Below are positions 30,697 through 41,437 of a stretch of 64,000 nucleotides of DNA, in pieces. The position numbers and the translations under genes are program-made. The first letter of the stretch is position 1. Each line of letters opens with the position of its first letter. The stretch is taken from positions 2,752,001 through 2,816,000 of the forward strand of contig OY762069.1 of the NCBI GenBank assembly GCA_963665095.1, given 5' to 3'. This DNA is from an uncultured Desulfobacter sp. (lineage in GTDB: Bacteria; Desulfobacterota; Desulfobacteria; Desulfobacterales; Desulfobacteraceae). The notes below the pieces were generated by a model that saw nothing but the letters and a program-made list of their open reading frames with translations, made no database searches and was not told the DNA's origin.

Positions 30697-31230
30697 TTAA
30701 GCTGTCCGGCCAAATTGTTCAAAGCTTACCTGATGATGCAGCAGGGTGTCTGCGGTATGCCCCTTTTTTTGCTCGGCCGGGTAACCGATGCCGATGACAG
30801 CCTCTACTTCAATATGCTCGGGCAGGTTGAGGGCTTTTGAAATATAGTCGGAACAGGAACGGCCATCCTTGTGGGTGCGCAACCGCATCTGGGCCCAGCA
30901 GGAACCCAGCCCTAAATCCTGGGCCGCCAGATGAATGATAATTGCTGCAATGGCACTGTCTTCGACCCATATATCTGTCTTTGTGGTGTCAGCACACACA
31001 ACAATGGCCAGGGGGGCATTTTTCAGAAATCCCGCCCCATGGGGCTTGGCCTGGGAGAGCTGATCAATTTTGGCTTTGTCCTCCACCACGACAAAGTGCC
31101 AGGGGTTGATCCCTCTTCCGCTGGGAGATCTTAAGCCTGCTTCAATAAGAAGATCCCGTTGTTCACGGGATACGGGCCTGTCTTCAAATTTCCGGATGCT
31201 TCTTCTTTTCTGTAACAGATCTATAAACAT
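30697..31230 (-). CDS. Nitroreductase family protein
   Basis: RRSIRKF, PWHFVVV and LGLGSCW motifs. Confidence 0.93.
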   Translation of the reverse strand: MFIDLLQKRRSIRKFEDRPVSREQRDLLIEAGLRSPSGRGINPWHFVVVEDKAKIDQLSQAKPHGAGFLKNAPLAIVVCADTTKTDIWVEDSAIAAIIIHLAAQDLGLGSCWAQMRLRTHKDGRSCSDYISKALNLPEHIEVEAVIGIGYPAEQKKGHTADTLLHHQVSFEQFGRTA

Positions 31231-31449
31231 GCTTACCTCTTCTTTGTTTTTATCTTTGTTTATTTTTGGGTGGTTGTACCAAAGATCGGCTTTGCGTCAA
31301 TATAATCATTTTTTTGGAAAGGCCACCAGGGTTGACCAAAATTGACAGGCGCAGGTATAGTTGTATGAATCAAGATTAAAAAAACAGTCTGGAGTTGGTA
31401 TGAAGATATTTGAAAATCAATGTATTACAAGACGGGCTTTTTTGACAAC

Positions 31450-32531
31450 AGATACAGATAAGAACTTGCTTTTTGACTCAAGAAGTATAGAAAAATATTG
31501 GAAGCTTGAAATATGCCCCGCCGGGCCACAGGCACAACATGTTGTGCCTGTGGCCCGGCGGGGGCATTCGCCGAAAAAAGGGATGTAGCAGGACAGAGGG
31601 AAAAGAACAGCCTGTATCAGAAATCTCCAAAGCAAATATGAAAATTCCAAAATTTAAGCTGATTTTAAGCGCACCTCACCTAAAACCCCGCGTACAGTGA
31701 AAATCAATTCCAATACTCAACCACCGGAATTTTGAGAGTCTGAAAAGTCATAAACCAACTCAGAAATGGGCTCAGAAATAACCGCCTGCGGTGGATCATG
31801 GTTGTGAATATCCCATAAGCCCAGGTGACGCAGAATTTTTTCCATAACATCGAGATTTTCCACAAAAGAAATCAGTTTCATTTGACCCTGACATTTTGGG
31901 CAAACCAAAGGATCAACTTCATGAATTCTTTGGATTAACCTGGCAAGCCAATCCAAAGCATTAAACACTTTTTGGAATTTTTTGTCTTTGGCGGTATAAA
32001 TAATTTTAGCAACACCATCATCAGATTTTTCTGCCGGAATATAGACCAGTCTTTCCTGAGAAAAACAGGCACGAATGATATATTTTGCTAAATTGCCAAG
32101 TCCTGCTTTATCATCAGGCTCAATTCTGTCTCCGATATAAACATTAAACCCGGAATGATGCCAGGAAAGCATGTTTTCAATGATGGCATCATTGATTTTT
32201 CCCTCTTTCTTGAGCATTTTCAGCACCTCATACTGAAATGCTTCTTCCAGGTCTTCAAGCATAAATATCGGAGCAGTCTGAAAGCTGCCGTCTTTTAAGA
32301 AACAACCGTTTGAAACTATGGCGTGAAGATGGGGATTGAAATTTAGAAAGTCACCATAGGTCTGCACTGCAATACTGGCACCGGGAACAACTTCTCCATC
32401 CGGGACCGTAGATTTAAGGTAAGCTGTAAAACGCTCCATGCACATTTGGAAAGTTTTGCCAGTAAAGTGCGGTCATAAAGAAAATAAATTCGTAACCGTT
32501 TAGGGATGCTGAAAACCCATTGCCGGTATGG
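31450..32531 (-). mobile_element. IS91-family remnant with ori-like end, 5'-truncated and internally deleted
   Basis: Near-identical to the 26 kb copy; in-frame deletion between two AACCTGG microrepeats (DWLARL|IQRIHE); end motif AAAAGCAAGTTCTTATCTGTATCT. Confidence 0.88.
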
Positions 32532-32755
32532 AACTCTGCAGAGGTTGAAGGTTCAACAGATACTTTAACTGTCAAGTTCCACACACTCAGTTTGGCAATC
32601 TGAAGCTCTTTGTACTTTTGTTCATTACTTTTAACCGTTATACGGTCTCCCTCCCATTTCATTTTTAAAATGAAATCGTCCCATGAGTCCACAGGGGTTC
32701 TGGCGTCGTCAAAGTCAGCATATACCACGGCTACAAGTTTGTCAGTCTTCGCCAT
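32532..32755 (-). pseudogene. 5' fragment of an unknown gene fused to the IS91 remnant
   Basis: AGGAGG RBS, MAKTDKLVAVV.., then runs into IS sequence. Confidence 0.5.
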
Positions 32756-33214
32756 TAAGTCCCTCCTGATCTTATTTATCCACCCTGTTTCCCAGACCCG
32801 CATAAATGTGAAGTGGCCCCGCACTGATATTGCCCAAAGACTTAAAAACATTTTAATAATATTTGTTCGCAGGTGTGATATTTGTGTTCTTCTCGTCCCC
32901 GGCCGGAAGATATATAAATATAAATTCAATACTTAATCTCAGCACGATTCGCAGCGTTGTCTTGCCAGGTGCTGTTGAAAACGTAGACCGGAAACCCGGG
33001 CCTGACAGGATGACAGCCCTGGCCGGCCTGGATCTGTTTTTTGACCAGGGAGAACAGCAGACTGGATGCCGGGTTTTTCATGGTATACTCAAAAAACAGG
33101 AGACACGGACTGAGGCTGATTTTGTCTGAATATTGTCTAAAAAACAGGCTGAAAAGCAGGCAGCTTCACATCACGGTATAACACGGTATAAAGCTGCCGT
33201 TGGAAATTATTCTG

Positions 33215-33868
33215 TTAATATGTCCATCCCAAGACACCCAGCGCCAGAATATTCATGATGACGGGGATGGCATAGATCGCAGATATTGTGATGATTTTGC
33301 GGCGTATGGTCTTCAAACTGATCACCAGAATAATGGCGCAGAAAAAATGAAAATAGCCGAAAAGGAAAATCAGCCAGACACCTTTAAAGGAGCGTTCCCA
33401 GAACGGATATTCCCAGACCAGATGGCCGCCCATGTTAAGAAGGCACTCCACAAAAACGGCAAAGGCAGAAAATCCGACAGCCCAGAACCATTTTTCCGGG
33501 ATGCCGAGTATTTTCTCTTTGGTGGATTCTGAAAGGGTGTGGTAATAAACAATGCCGGCCAGAAGAAACATGAAAATAATCTCAATATTCCATCCCACCA
33601 TGGTTCGCAGCGCGGTATCACCCGGGGCTGTCCAGAAAGCGGATCGCCCGGTCAGCACCATGACCCAGCCGTTCCAGGTCTCATTAAAAAAATCCACGCC
33701 GAAAAGTGTAAGGCCTGAAAAAACCGCATCCCAGTTGCCGGTAGACCTGGCCTGCTTGATCTCCTTGACGTAGATGTACATGACGATCATCAGCAATGGT
33801 ATGACATACCATTTCAGCATTGACAGATCTCTTAGACCGCATAACGCCTGTTCTGTGGCTTTTGTCAT
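33215..33868 (-). CDS. Hypothetical integral membrane protein
   Basis: 217-aa ORF with multiple TM segments. Confidence 0.8.
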   Translation of the reverse strand: MTKATEQALCGLRDLSMLKWYVIPLLMIVMYIYVKEIKQARSTGNWDAVFSGLTLFGVDFFNETWNGWVMVLTGRSAFWTAPGDTALRTMVGWNIEIIFMFLLAGIVYYHTLSESTKEKILGIPEKWFWAVGFSAFAVFVECLLNMGGHLVWEYPFWERSFKGVWLIFLFGYFHFFCAIILVISLKTIRRKIITISAIYAIPVIMNILALGVLGWTY

Positions 33869-34047
33869 GATTTCACCCTTTCCGGATCAGTGTCCTGCAC
33901 ACAGCCGCAGGACATTATAAAACAATGATCACCTTAGGCAGGGCGAGTACAACGGTTTGGAACTCAGACCCTGCACTGGATTATTTGACTGAAATGCAGA
34001 TGCTGCTTTTTTTAACCTGTCAGGTCCGGGAAAGCCGACACAGGATA

Positions 34048-35175
34048 TTAAAGCATCAGACTCCAGAGGACGCCTGCGGCAATGGCAGAACCAATAACGC
34101 CGGACACATTGGGCGCCATGGCATGCATGAGCAAAAAGTTTGAGGGATCCTCACGCTGGCCCACAATCTGGACTACTCTGGCGGAATCAGGTACGGCCGA
34201 GACACCGGCGGCCCCCACCAGGGGATTGATTTTCTTTTTCAGAAACAGGTTCATAAACTTGGCGAACAACACGCCGCAGGCGGTGGCCACACAAAAGGAG
34301 GCAGCACCCAGGACAAAAATACCCACAGAACTTTTAGTCAAAAATACGTCACCCTGGGTGGAGGCACCCACTGTGATGCCTAAAAGAATGGTGGCAATAT
34401 CTATCAGAGCGGTACGGGCCGTGACAGCCAGGCGCTCGGTTACTACCGCTTCTTTGAGCAGGTTGCCAAAACAGAGCAGGCCCAAAAGCGGCAGGGCAGC
34501 CGGTGCCAGAAAACAGCAGAGCAGAAAGGCCACAACAGGAAAAATAATCTTCTCACGTTTGGTCACCTGACGGGGTTCTTCCATGCGGATAAGCCGCTCC
34601 TTACGCGTGGTCAAAAGTTTCATAATCGGCGGCTGAATCACGGGCACAAGGGCCATATAACTGTAGGCCGCCACGGCAATGGGGCCGATGAGCGATGGTG
34701 CCAGCTTTGCCGTTAAAAAGATGGCCGTAGGTCCGTCAGCCCCTCCGATGATGCCGATGGAAGCGGCCTCCCTGGGTTCAAACCCCAGGGCAAGGGCGCC
34801 TAAAAAGGTGATGAAAATGCCGGTCTGGGCCGCCGCCCCTAAAAGCATAAGCACAGGCCGGGCCAGAAGGGTTGAAAAGTCTGTCATGGCCCCGATACCC
34901 AAAAATATCATTGGCGGGTAAATACCCTGGGTCACCCCGAAATAGAGGTAATGCAGAACCGAATTGTTCTCATAGATACCAAGTCCCAGTCCCTTGAAAA
35001 TGGGGATATTACCCACAAGCATCCCAAATCCGATGGGAACCAGCAGCAGTGGCTCATAATCCTTGGCAATGCCCAGATATATAAAAATCATCCCAACGAT
35101 GATCATGATAATATTTCGATAGTCGCACAGATAAAACCCGGTGTTCTGAAAAAAATCTACGAATAAAGCTTCCAT
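34048..35175 (-). CDS. oadB: Na+-translocating decarboxylase beta subunit
   Basis: EPLLLVPIGFG, IGIIGGADGPT, HAMAPNVSGVIGSA. Confidence 0.93.
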   Translation of the reverse strand: MEALFVDFFQNTGFYLCDYRNIIMIIVGMIFIYLGIAKDYEPLLLVPIGFGMLVGNIPIFKGLGLGIYENNSVLHYLYFGVTQGIYPPMIFLGIGAMTDFSTLLARPVLMLLGAAAQTGIFITFLGALALGFEPREAASIGIIGGADGPTAIFLTAKLAPSLIGPIAVAAYSYMALVPVIQPPIMKLLTTRKERLIRMEEPRQVTKREKIIFPVVAFLLCCFLAPAALPLLGLLCFGNLLKEAVVTERLAVTARTALIDIATILLGITVGASTQGDVFLTKSSVGIFVLGAASFCVATACGVLFAKFMNLFLKKKINPLVGAAGVSAVPDSARVVQIVGQREDPSNFLLMHAMAPNVSGVIGSAIAAGVLWSLML

Positions 35176-35261
35176 TGGTCAAGGTTTCCTTATTATCGCA
35201 TCCTGCATCGTGTTTATTTCCCACATCCTAATTTCTTACAGTCCTCAGCAGACAGTTCCGG

Positions 35262-35699
35262 CTATAAAACAATTCGGGATAACCGGTCCTGATGCCAGTT
35301 GAAATATCCGTTTTCATCTGGAGTTAACACACCGGTTTTTAATAGAATATTCATATTGATATGGGGTTCTCTAAGACCGGACAGTTCAGCCCGGCGCAAC
35401 AGACCGGGCAGGGAAATCTCAGCACCCATGGTGCCGGCCAGAAGGCCATACTGGCGACACACCTGTTTTTCACCCTCTGAAAGTACAGGAGTTTGCTCAA
35501 GTGAATCATCCTGAGCCCCGGGCACACCTTTTGGTGCAAACAGATTTTTAATTTTGCCGGGATTATCAAACAAATCCACCAGCTTGTGAAGCTGGGAAAT
35601 CAACGCAGACAAAGAGACAAGGCCGGTGAAAACAATACTGATGCCCACTACAGATATGGCCCAGCCGTTGCTGGCACTAATCGCTTCTAATCCGTACAA
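35262..35699 (-). CDS. OadG family (gamma subunit) protein
   Basis: N-terminal TM GISIVFTGL; upstream of oadB. Confidence 0.75.
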   Translation of the reverse strand: MYGLEAISASNGWAISVVGISIVFTGLVSLSALISQLHKLVDLFDNPGKIKNLFAPKGVPGAQDDSLEQTPVLSEGEKQVCRQYGLLAGTMGAEISLPGLLRRAELSGLREPHINMNILLKTGVLTPDENGYFNWHQDRLSRIVL

Positions 35700-35716
35700 A
35701 AGACACCTCCTGACAG

Positions 35717-36166
35717 TTAATATATAACGGGATCGTTAATTTCGGCAGAATTGTGCACAAAAGCCGCCTTTTCTTCAAGATACTGCTGCCAGCCTGCCAT
35801 AACCAATTCAGCAGCTGGTGTATCCTGCTGGACTTGATCAAGGAACGCCTTCCGCGGCACAGCCCAAACCCAACCCTCTTCCAGCACCGTAACCGTAGTA
35901 ATGCCCTGACCAGCCCGGCTCATCAGGGAAAAACCGGCAAAATCGCCTGGGGAATTGAGCACTACAGCCCGGCCCTCTTCCATAGCCAGCAGCACAGTGC
36001 CCTTTTCCAGAAGGAAATAATACTGGGCTGTCTGGCCGGCCTGGGCCAATACTTCGCCAGGACATATCCGCCATTGGGAAAAAAGCGGTATAAGCTCGTC
36101 AAAATCCTGGGTATCAAGGCTGTTAAATATGATGGATTCTTTTAAGCATGCTGCAAGACTGTCCAT
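35717..36166 (-). CDS. Cyclic nucleotide-binding domain protein
   Basis: IFNSL..GEVL..G....YFLLEKGTV..PGDFAG. Confidence 0.8.
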   Translation of the reverse strand: MDSLAACLKESIIFNSLDTQDFDELIPLFSQWRICPGEVLAQAGQTAQYYFLLEKGTVLLAMEEGRAVVLNSPGDFAGFSLMSRAGQGITTVTVLEEGWVWAVPRKAFLDQVQQDTPAAELVMAGWQQYLEEKAAFVHNSAEINDPVIY

Positions 36167-36518
36167 ACCCTCCCCTTTATACTGAATTTATAATCAAGCG
36201 TTCTCTTATGAAAAGAAGTATTCAAGCACATTTTCAAAATTCTGTCGAGCGCAAAAACGCGTCGAAGATAGGTTACGCTGTTATCAGATAACATTTTTAC
36301 ACGTCGTATTGTCATAAAGCAAAGGCCCAATAATTAAAGAACACGTAATATTAAAATGATATTAAAATTTCATTTTAATACAAAAAACTACAATAATTCA
36401 AAAAGTTCTGTAATATATATGTATTAGTCATTTGACAAAATACATCGAATACAATATAAAGGCCCCAAACAAAAGATCCGCATTACTGCGATCAAACCAG
36501 TAAAAAAAGAGAGTCTAT

Positions 36519-37778
36519 ATGGATCAAATAATTGTAAAAAATTTATTTAAAATATTCGGCCCGGACCCTAAAAAAGCGCTTGCGCTTCTGGATCAGGGCT
36601 TTAGCAAAGAAGAGGTGCTTGAGAAAACGGGCATGACCGTTGGGGTCAATGGTGCTGATTTCACCATAAAACAAGGTGAAATTTTTGTTGTCATGGGCCT
36701 GTCCGGATCCGGAAAATCCACTCTGGTCCGGATGTTCAACCGGCTGATTGAGCCCTCTGCCGGGGAAATCCATATCAACGGCAAAAACATTACCGCCATG
36801 GAGAATAGGGAACTGGTGCAATTTCGCTTAAAGCACATGAGCATGGTATTCCAGTCCTTTGCTCTGATGCCCCACCTCACTGTTCTGGAAAATGCGGCTT
36901 TTGGCCTGGAGCTTGCCGGTGAGCCTAAAGCAAAACGCAGCGAGCGGGCACGGGAAGCATTGAGGCAGGTGGGCCTGGAAGGCTGGGAAGACCAGCTGCC
37001 CAAACAATTGTCCGGCGGAATGCAGCAACGGGTGGGTCTTGCCAGGGCCCTGGCCGCCGAACCGGATATCATGCTGATGGATGAGGCCTTTTCCGCTTTG
37101 GACCCTCTGATCCGGACAGAAATGCAGGACGAATTGATCAAACTTCAGGAAGACAGCGACAGGACGATTGTCTTTATCTCCCATGATCTGGACGAGGCAC
37201 TTCGCATCGGCGACCGCATCGCCATCATGGAAGGAGGACGCGTCGTCCAGGTGGGAACACCGGAGGAAATTCTCCAGAACCCTGCCGATGATTATGTCCG
37301 GGCATTTTTCCGCGGTGTGGATCCCACCAACGTTATCTCCGCGGGCGAAATAGTTAATACTCACTACCCAACGGTCATTAAAACTAAAAAAGGAGATATC
37401 CGTGCGGCACTGGAACTGCTGAACAACCGGGATTACAACCATGCATATGTTCTGAATGCCAAACGCCAGTTTCAGGGCATTGTCTCCATTGACACACTGC
37501 AGAATGCCATCGAAACGGGCCAGGCCAGTGATCCCCTTGATATCTGCTATCTGCCGGATGTACAGCCTGCCAATGAAAACGAAAACATGCAGGACATTCT
37601 TCCTGAAGTGGCCTCCAAAAGCTTTCCCATTCCGGTCCTTGACGACAACAACGTATTTAAAGGCGTGGTATCGAAAAACAGGTTTTTGAAGACCCTTCAC
37701 AAATCAGATATCAACGGCCATAACGGACAGGGCTACGACCAAGACGAGCCGGCCCAGCCCCTTCAAACCGCTCATTAG
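36519..37778 (+). CDS. proV: Glycine betaine/proline ABC transporter ATP-binding protein
   Basis: GLSGSGKST, LSGGMQQRVG, C-terminal CBS domains. Confidence 0.95.
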   Translation: MDQIIVKNLFKIFGPDPKKALALLDQGFSKEEVLEKTGMTVGVNGADFTIKQGEIFVVMGLSGSGKSTLVRMFNRLIEPSAGEIHINGKNITAMENRELVQFRLKHMSMVFQSFALMPHLTVLENAAFGLELAGEPKAKRSERAREALRQVGLEGWEDQLPKQLSGGMQQRVGLARALAAEPDIMLMDEAFSALDPLIRTEMQDELIKLQEDSDRTIVFISHDLDEALRIGDRIAIMEGGRVVQVGTPEEILQNPADDYVRAFFRGVDPTNVISAGEIVNTHYPTVIKTKKGDIRAALELLNNRDYNHAYVLNAKRQFQGIVSIDTLQNAIETGQASDPLDICYLPDVQPANENENMQDILPEVASKSFPIPVLDDNNVFKGVVSKNRFLKTLHKSDINGHNGQGYDQDEPAQPLQTAH

Positions 37779-37792
37779 CAGGGAAATAAATT

Positions 37793-38626
37793 ATGTTTGA
37801 TGAAAAAGTAATACCTCTTGATACATGGATCACTGCATTTGTTGACTGGCTTGTCAACAACTACCGGGATGTATTTCAAATGATAAAATGGCCCGTGGAG
37901 CAGATTTTAACCGGATTTGACATCGGTCTGAATGCCGTCCACCCCATTATTATCATCGCAGTTCTGGCATTTTGCGCATGGAAATTTTCAGGTTGGGGAT
38001 TAGGCGTTTTCAGCATCATTGCCATGGTATTTATAGGGCTGATCGGATTCTGGGAAGATACCATGACAACCCTTGCCATGGTGCTTGCGTCAGTGCTGTT
38101 CTCCACAATTGTAGGAATTCCCATCGGCATCGCCTCCGGTCGCAGTGACCGTGCGGAAACCATTGTACGCCCCTTTTTAGATGCCATGCAGACCACCCCG
38201 TCCTTTGTATACCTGGTGCCCATTGTCATGTTGTTTTCCGTGGGCAATGTGGCAGGCGTTCTTGCCACCATTATTTTTGCCATGCCTCCGATCATCCGCC
38301 TCACCAGCCTTGGCATCAGGGGTGTACACCCGGAGTTGATCGAAGCAGCCACCGCTTTTGGCGCCACTCGCCGGCAGGTGCTGTTTAAAGTCCAGATCCC
38401 GCTGGCGCTTCCCACGATCCTTGCCGGGTTGAACCAGACCATCATGATGGCGCTTGCCATGGTGGTGATTGCCGCACTCATTGGAGCTGGCGGTCTTGGT
38501 TCCCCGGTGGTTTTAGGCCTGAACACCCTTGATATCGGCATGGCGGTTATCGCCGGATTAAGCATTGTATTGGTCGCCGTCGTCCTGGACCGGATCACAC
38601 AGTCCATGGCCGGCAGCAGCAAATAA
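37793..38626 (+). CDS. proW: Glycine betaine/proline ABC transporter permease
   Basis: DAMQTTPSFVYLVP; EAA loop. Confidence 0.93.
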   Translation: MFDEKVIPLDTWITAFVDWLVNNYRDVFQMIKWPVEQILTGFDIGLNAVHPIIIIAVLAFCAWKFSGWGLGVFSIIAMVFIGLIGFWEDTMTTLAMVLASVLFSTIVGIPIGIASGRSDRAETIVRPFLDAMQTTPSFVYLVPIVMLFSVGNVAGVLATIIFAMPPIIRLTSLGIRGVHPELIEAATAFGATRRQVLFKVQIPLALPTILAGLNQTIMMALAMVVIAALIGAGGLGSPVVLGLNTLDIGMAVIAGLSIVLVAVVLDRITQSMAGSSK

Positions 38627-38664
38627 TTTGAACTGGAACTGATTACCACACCAAAGGAGAAATT

Positions 38665-39696
38665 ATGAAAATTTTAAGAGCCATCGGCATCACTTTGACT
38701 GCTGCCCTCATGATTCCGGCATCGTTTGCCTTTGCCGGTGATCTGCCCGGAAAGGGCAAAACCCTGCGCCCTGCCAGGGCCACATGGAATACCGGTTTTT
38801 TTCAGGAAGCCATTGTCAGGGAAGCCATGAAGGAGCTGGGCTACAAGGTTAAAAAGGTAAAAGATCTTGCGAATCCCATCTTCTATAAGTCTGTAACACT
38901 CGGAGATCTTGACTACTGGTGCAACGGCTGGTTTCCCATGCACAACAGCCAGCTGCCCAAGGATTTTGACCAGAAAGCCCAGACCATCGGCTATGTAGCC
39001 AAAGCCGGCGGACTTCAGGGATACCTGGTTTCCAAAAAAGAAGTTGAAAAGTATAACATCAAATCTTTGGATGATTTCAAGCGGCCTGAGGTCAAAAAAG
39101 CGTTTGACAAAAATCATGACGGCAAAGCGGATCTTACGGCCTGCCCTCCGGGCTGGGGCTGTGAAAAAGTGATTGGCCACCATCTGAAGGTATATAACCT
39201 GGAAAACGATATCAACCCGGTAAAAGCCTCCTATGAAGCCGGCATGGCCTCTGCCATCGGTGCATATAAAGCAGGAGAGCCCATCTTCTTCTACACCTGG
39301 ACGCCCAACTGGACCGTGTTTAAACTAAAGCCAGGCGAAGATGTCATGTGGATCAACGTGCCTAAAATTCTTCCCACAGAAGCCCAGTCCGTGGCAGTGA
39401 ATATGATGACCCAGTCCGGCATTACCGGTGCAATAACAGATCCTGTCAAACTTGGATTTGTAGTGTCTGATATCCGTATTGTGGCCAATAAAAAATTTCT
39501 GGCGGAAAACCCGGCAGCCAAGAAATTTTTTGAACTGTTCACCCTTTCCCTTGCAGATATCAATGCCCAGAACACCCGCATGAACGATGGAGAAAAATCC
39601 CAGAAAGATATTGAAAAACACGCCAAAGAGTGGATCTCCAAAAACAAGGCTCAATGGGACGACTGGATTGCCCAGGCAAAAAAGGCGGCTCTTTAG
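38665..39696 (+). CDS. proX: Glycine betaine ABC transporter substrate-binding protein
   Basis: Signal peptide, CPPGWGC, YTWTPNW. Confidence 0.92.
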   Translation: MKILRAIGITLTAALMIPASFAFAGDLPGKGKTLRPARATWNTGFFQEAIVREAMKELGYKVKKVKDLANPIFYKSVTLGDLDYWCNGWFPMHNSQLPKDFDQKAQTIGYVAKAGGLQGYLVSKKEVEKYNIKSLDDFKRPEVKKAFDKNHDGKADLTACPPGWGCEKVIGHHLKVYNLENDINPVKASYEAGMASAIGAYKAGEPIFFYTWTPNWTVFKLKPGEDVMWINVPKILPTEAQSVAVNMMTQSGITGAITDPVKLGFVVSDIRIVANKKFLAENPAAKKFFELFTLSLADINAQNTRMNDGEKSQKDIEKHAKEWISKNKAQWDDWIAQAKKAAL

Positions 39697-39730
39697 CCTT
39701 CCACGCAAACCCTAGAATTAAAAAACTTAC

Positions 39731-39766
39731 CCCGGCAGGATTCCTCCTTCCGGGGTTTCCTTTTTT
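39731..39766 (+). terminator. Probable intrinsic terminator after proX
   Basis: CCCGG-AGG..CCT-CCGGG stem followed by a T-rich tract. Confidence 0.5.
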
Positions 39767-39967
39767 AAGGACACTCAATGATGTGAATGCTGTCGCAATT
39801 TTCTTTCTCATTATAACTTTGCCCCCCAGAAACTACCCTTTCAAAACTACCCGCAAACAAGAAGCAAGCATGTTAGGTTTCTGTTTATAAATGGTTGACG
39901 GAAAAGAGGCAATTATCGTATGATCCCCCCAATTTTTGGTACCTATTTAACCCCATGGAGAAGGCGT

Positions 39968-41221
39968 ATGAAAACCAGATTAAGTGTACTGACGATCAGT
40001 TTAATTTTCCTTTTTGGGCTGATCTTTACCGGATGCGGCAACCAGGACAAACCCAAAGAGGAAGCCAAAGCCCCGGAAAAAGCAGCTGAAACCCAGGCAA
40101 AACCGGCAGCTGAACCGGCAGCAGAAACTGAAAAGAAAATAAAAGCAGGGTTCATCTATATTGGTCCCACAGGCGATTATGGCTGGTCCTATGCCCATGA
40201 ACAGGGCAAACAATATGCGGAATCCAAACTACCCTGGCTGGAAACTGTGATTGTGGAATCCATTGCGGAATCTGATTCTTTAAGAATTATTGACCGACTC
40301 GTTCAGCAGCAGCAGTGTGATGTGATTTTTACCACCAGTTTCGGATACATGGATGACACGGTAAAAGCCGCAGCCAAATATCCGGACACCAAATTCATGC
40401 ACTGCTCCGGATTCAAACGGTCCGCCAACATGGGCACCTATTTTGGTGATCTTTATCAGATGTACTACCTGAACGGCCTTATGGCAGGCGCGCTGACAAA
40501 GTCCAACAAGCTGGGTTATGTGGCAGCTTTCCCCATTCCCGAACTGGTCCGTCACATTGATGCCTTTGCCCTGGGTGCCAAAGCAGCCAACCCCGATGCA
40601 ACGGTAGACGTAAAATGGATCTATGCCTGGTACGGACCGGACAAGGCCAAGGAAGCAGCTGAGGCCCTGATTGCCGAAGGGTGTGATGCCCTGGCATTTA
40701 CCGAAGACACCCCGGGGGTGATTGAGGTGGGACAGTCCCATTGTGAAAAGGGCAAACAGATCTATACCTTTTCCCATTACTCTCCCATGCAGGCATATGG
40801 CAAAGATTCCGTGGTATCCGGGCAGCTCATGGACTGGGGCGGCATGTATGTAAAATGCCTGCAGGACATTTATGACGGCACCTGGGATCCCAGTCAGGAC
40901 ACCTGGTGGCTGGCCAAAGAGAAAGCGGCACTTTTAGGCGGCAGTGTTGATGAGCCTGTTAACGCCAAATTTGTACCGGCATTAAAAGAAGCTTTGATCG
41001 ACACCAAGGATTTTGGTCAGATTTCTGCCTACGATCTGGTCATGAAACGGTATGAACAGATGAAAGAAGGCGTGGATGTGTTTGACCCGTTTGCAGGTCC
41101 GGTTTCCGATAACAAAGGCGAGCTTAAGATCATGGAAGGGGAACGTGCTTCCAAGGAAGATCTGCTTAACATTATGTACTATGTAAGCAACGTTAAGGGC
41201 GAAATACCAGCCAGCAACTAG
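39968..41221 (+). CDS. BMP family ABC transporter substrate-binding lipoprotein
   Basis: Lipobox FTGC, D.GW.YAH, TTSFGY. Confidence 0.92.
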   Translation: MKTRLSVLTISLIFLFGLIFTGCGNQDKPKEEAKAPEKAAETQAKPAAEPAAETEKKIKAGFIYIGPTGDYGWSYAHEQGKQYAESKLPWLETVIVESIAESDSLRIIDRLVQQQQCDVIFTTSFGYMDDTVKAAAKYPDTKFMHCSGFKRSANMGTYFGDLYQMYYLNGLMAGALTKSNKLGYVAAFPIPELVRHIDAFALGAKAANPDATVDVKWIYAWYGPDKAKEAAEALIAEGCDALAFTEDTPGVIEVGQSHCEKGKQIYTFSHYSPMQAYGKDSVVSGQLMDWGGMYVKCLQDIYDGTWDPSQDTWWLAKEKAALLGGSVDEPVNAKFVPALKEALIDTKDFGQISAYDLVMKRYEQMKEGVDVFDPFAGPVSDNKGELKIMEGERASKEDLLNIMYYVSNVKGEIPASN

Positions 41222-41295
41222 GGTTTGAACAAAAACTCACCCACCTGCGGCGTTGCTGCGGACCTGTGCATCTGGGCAAGTTTTTGTCCAAACCC
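41221..41295. repeat. Short MITE, internally deleted relative of 43115-43239
   Basis: IRs GGGTTTGAACAAAAACT / AGTTTTTGTCCAAACCC. Confidence 0.7.
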
Positions 41296-41437
41296 GGAGA
41301 GACTTAGATTTTACTCGGAAAAAATTATGCCTCATACCGGGTTGATGCAATATTACAGATGACTACATACAAACCATAGGCAGTTCAAAGGCCGGGAAAC
41401 ACGCTTTTCCGGCCTTTGTGCTTGAGACCGGAAAGCC

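Noticed and set aside
33172..33191. Tandem 10-bp duplication CACGGTATAA
   Set aside because: A single short duplication with no other support; slippage or an excision scar.
36593..38649. Long antisense ORFs over proVW (and similar ones over the M48, RND and oadB genes)
   Set aside because: Shadow frames of well-supported genes, with no motifs or RBS.
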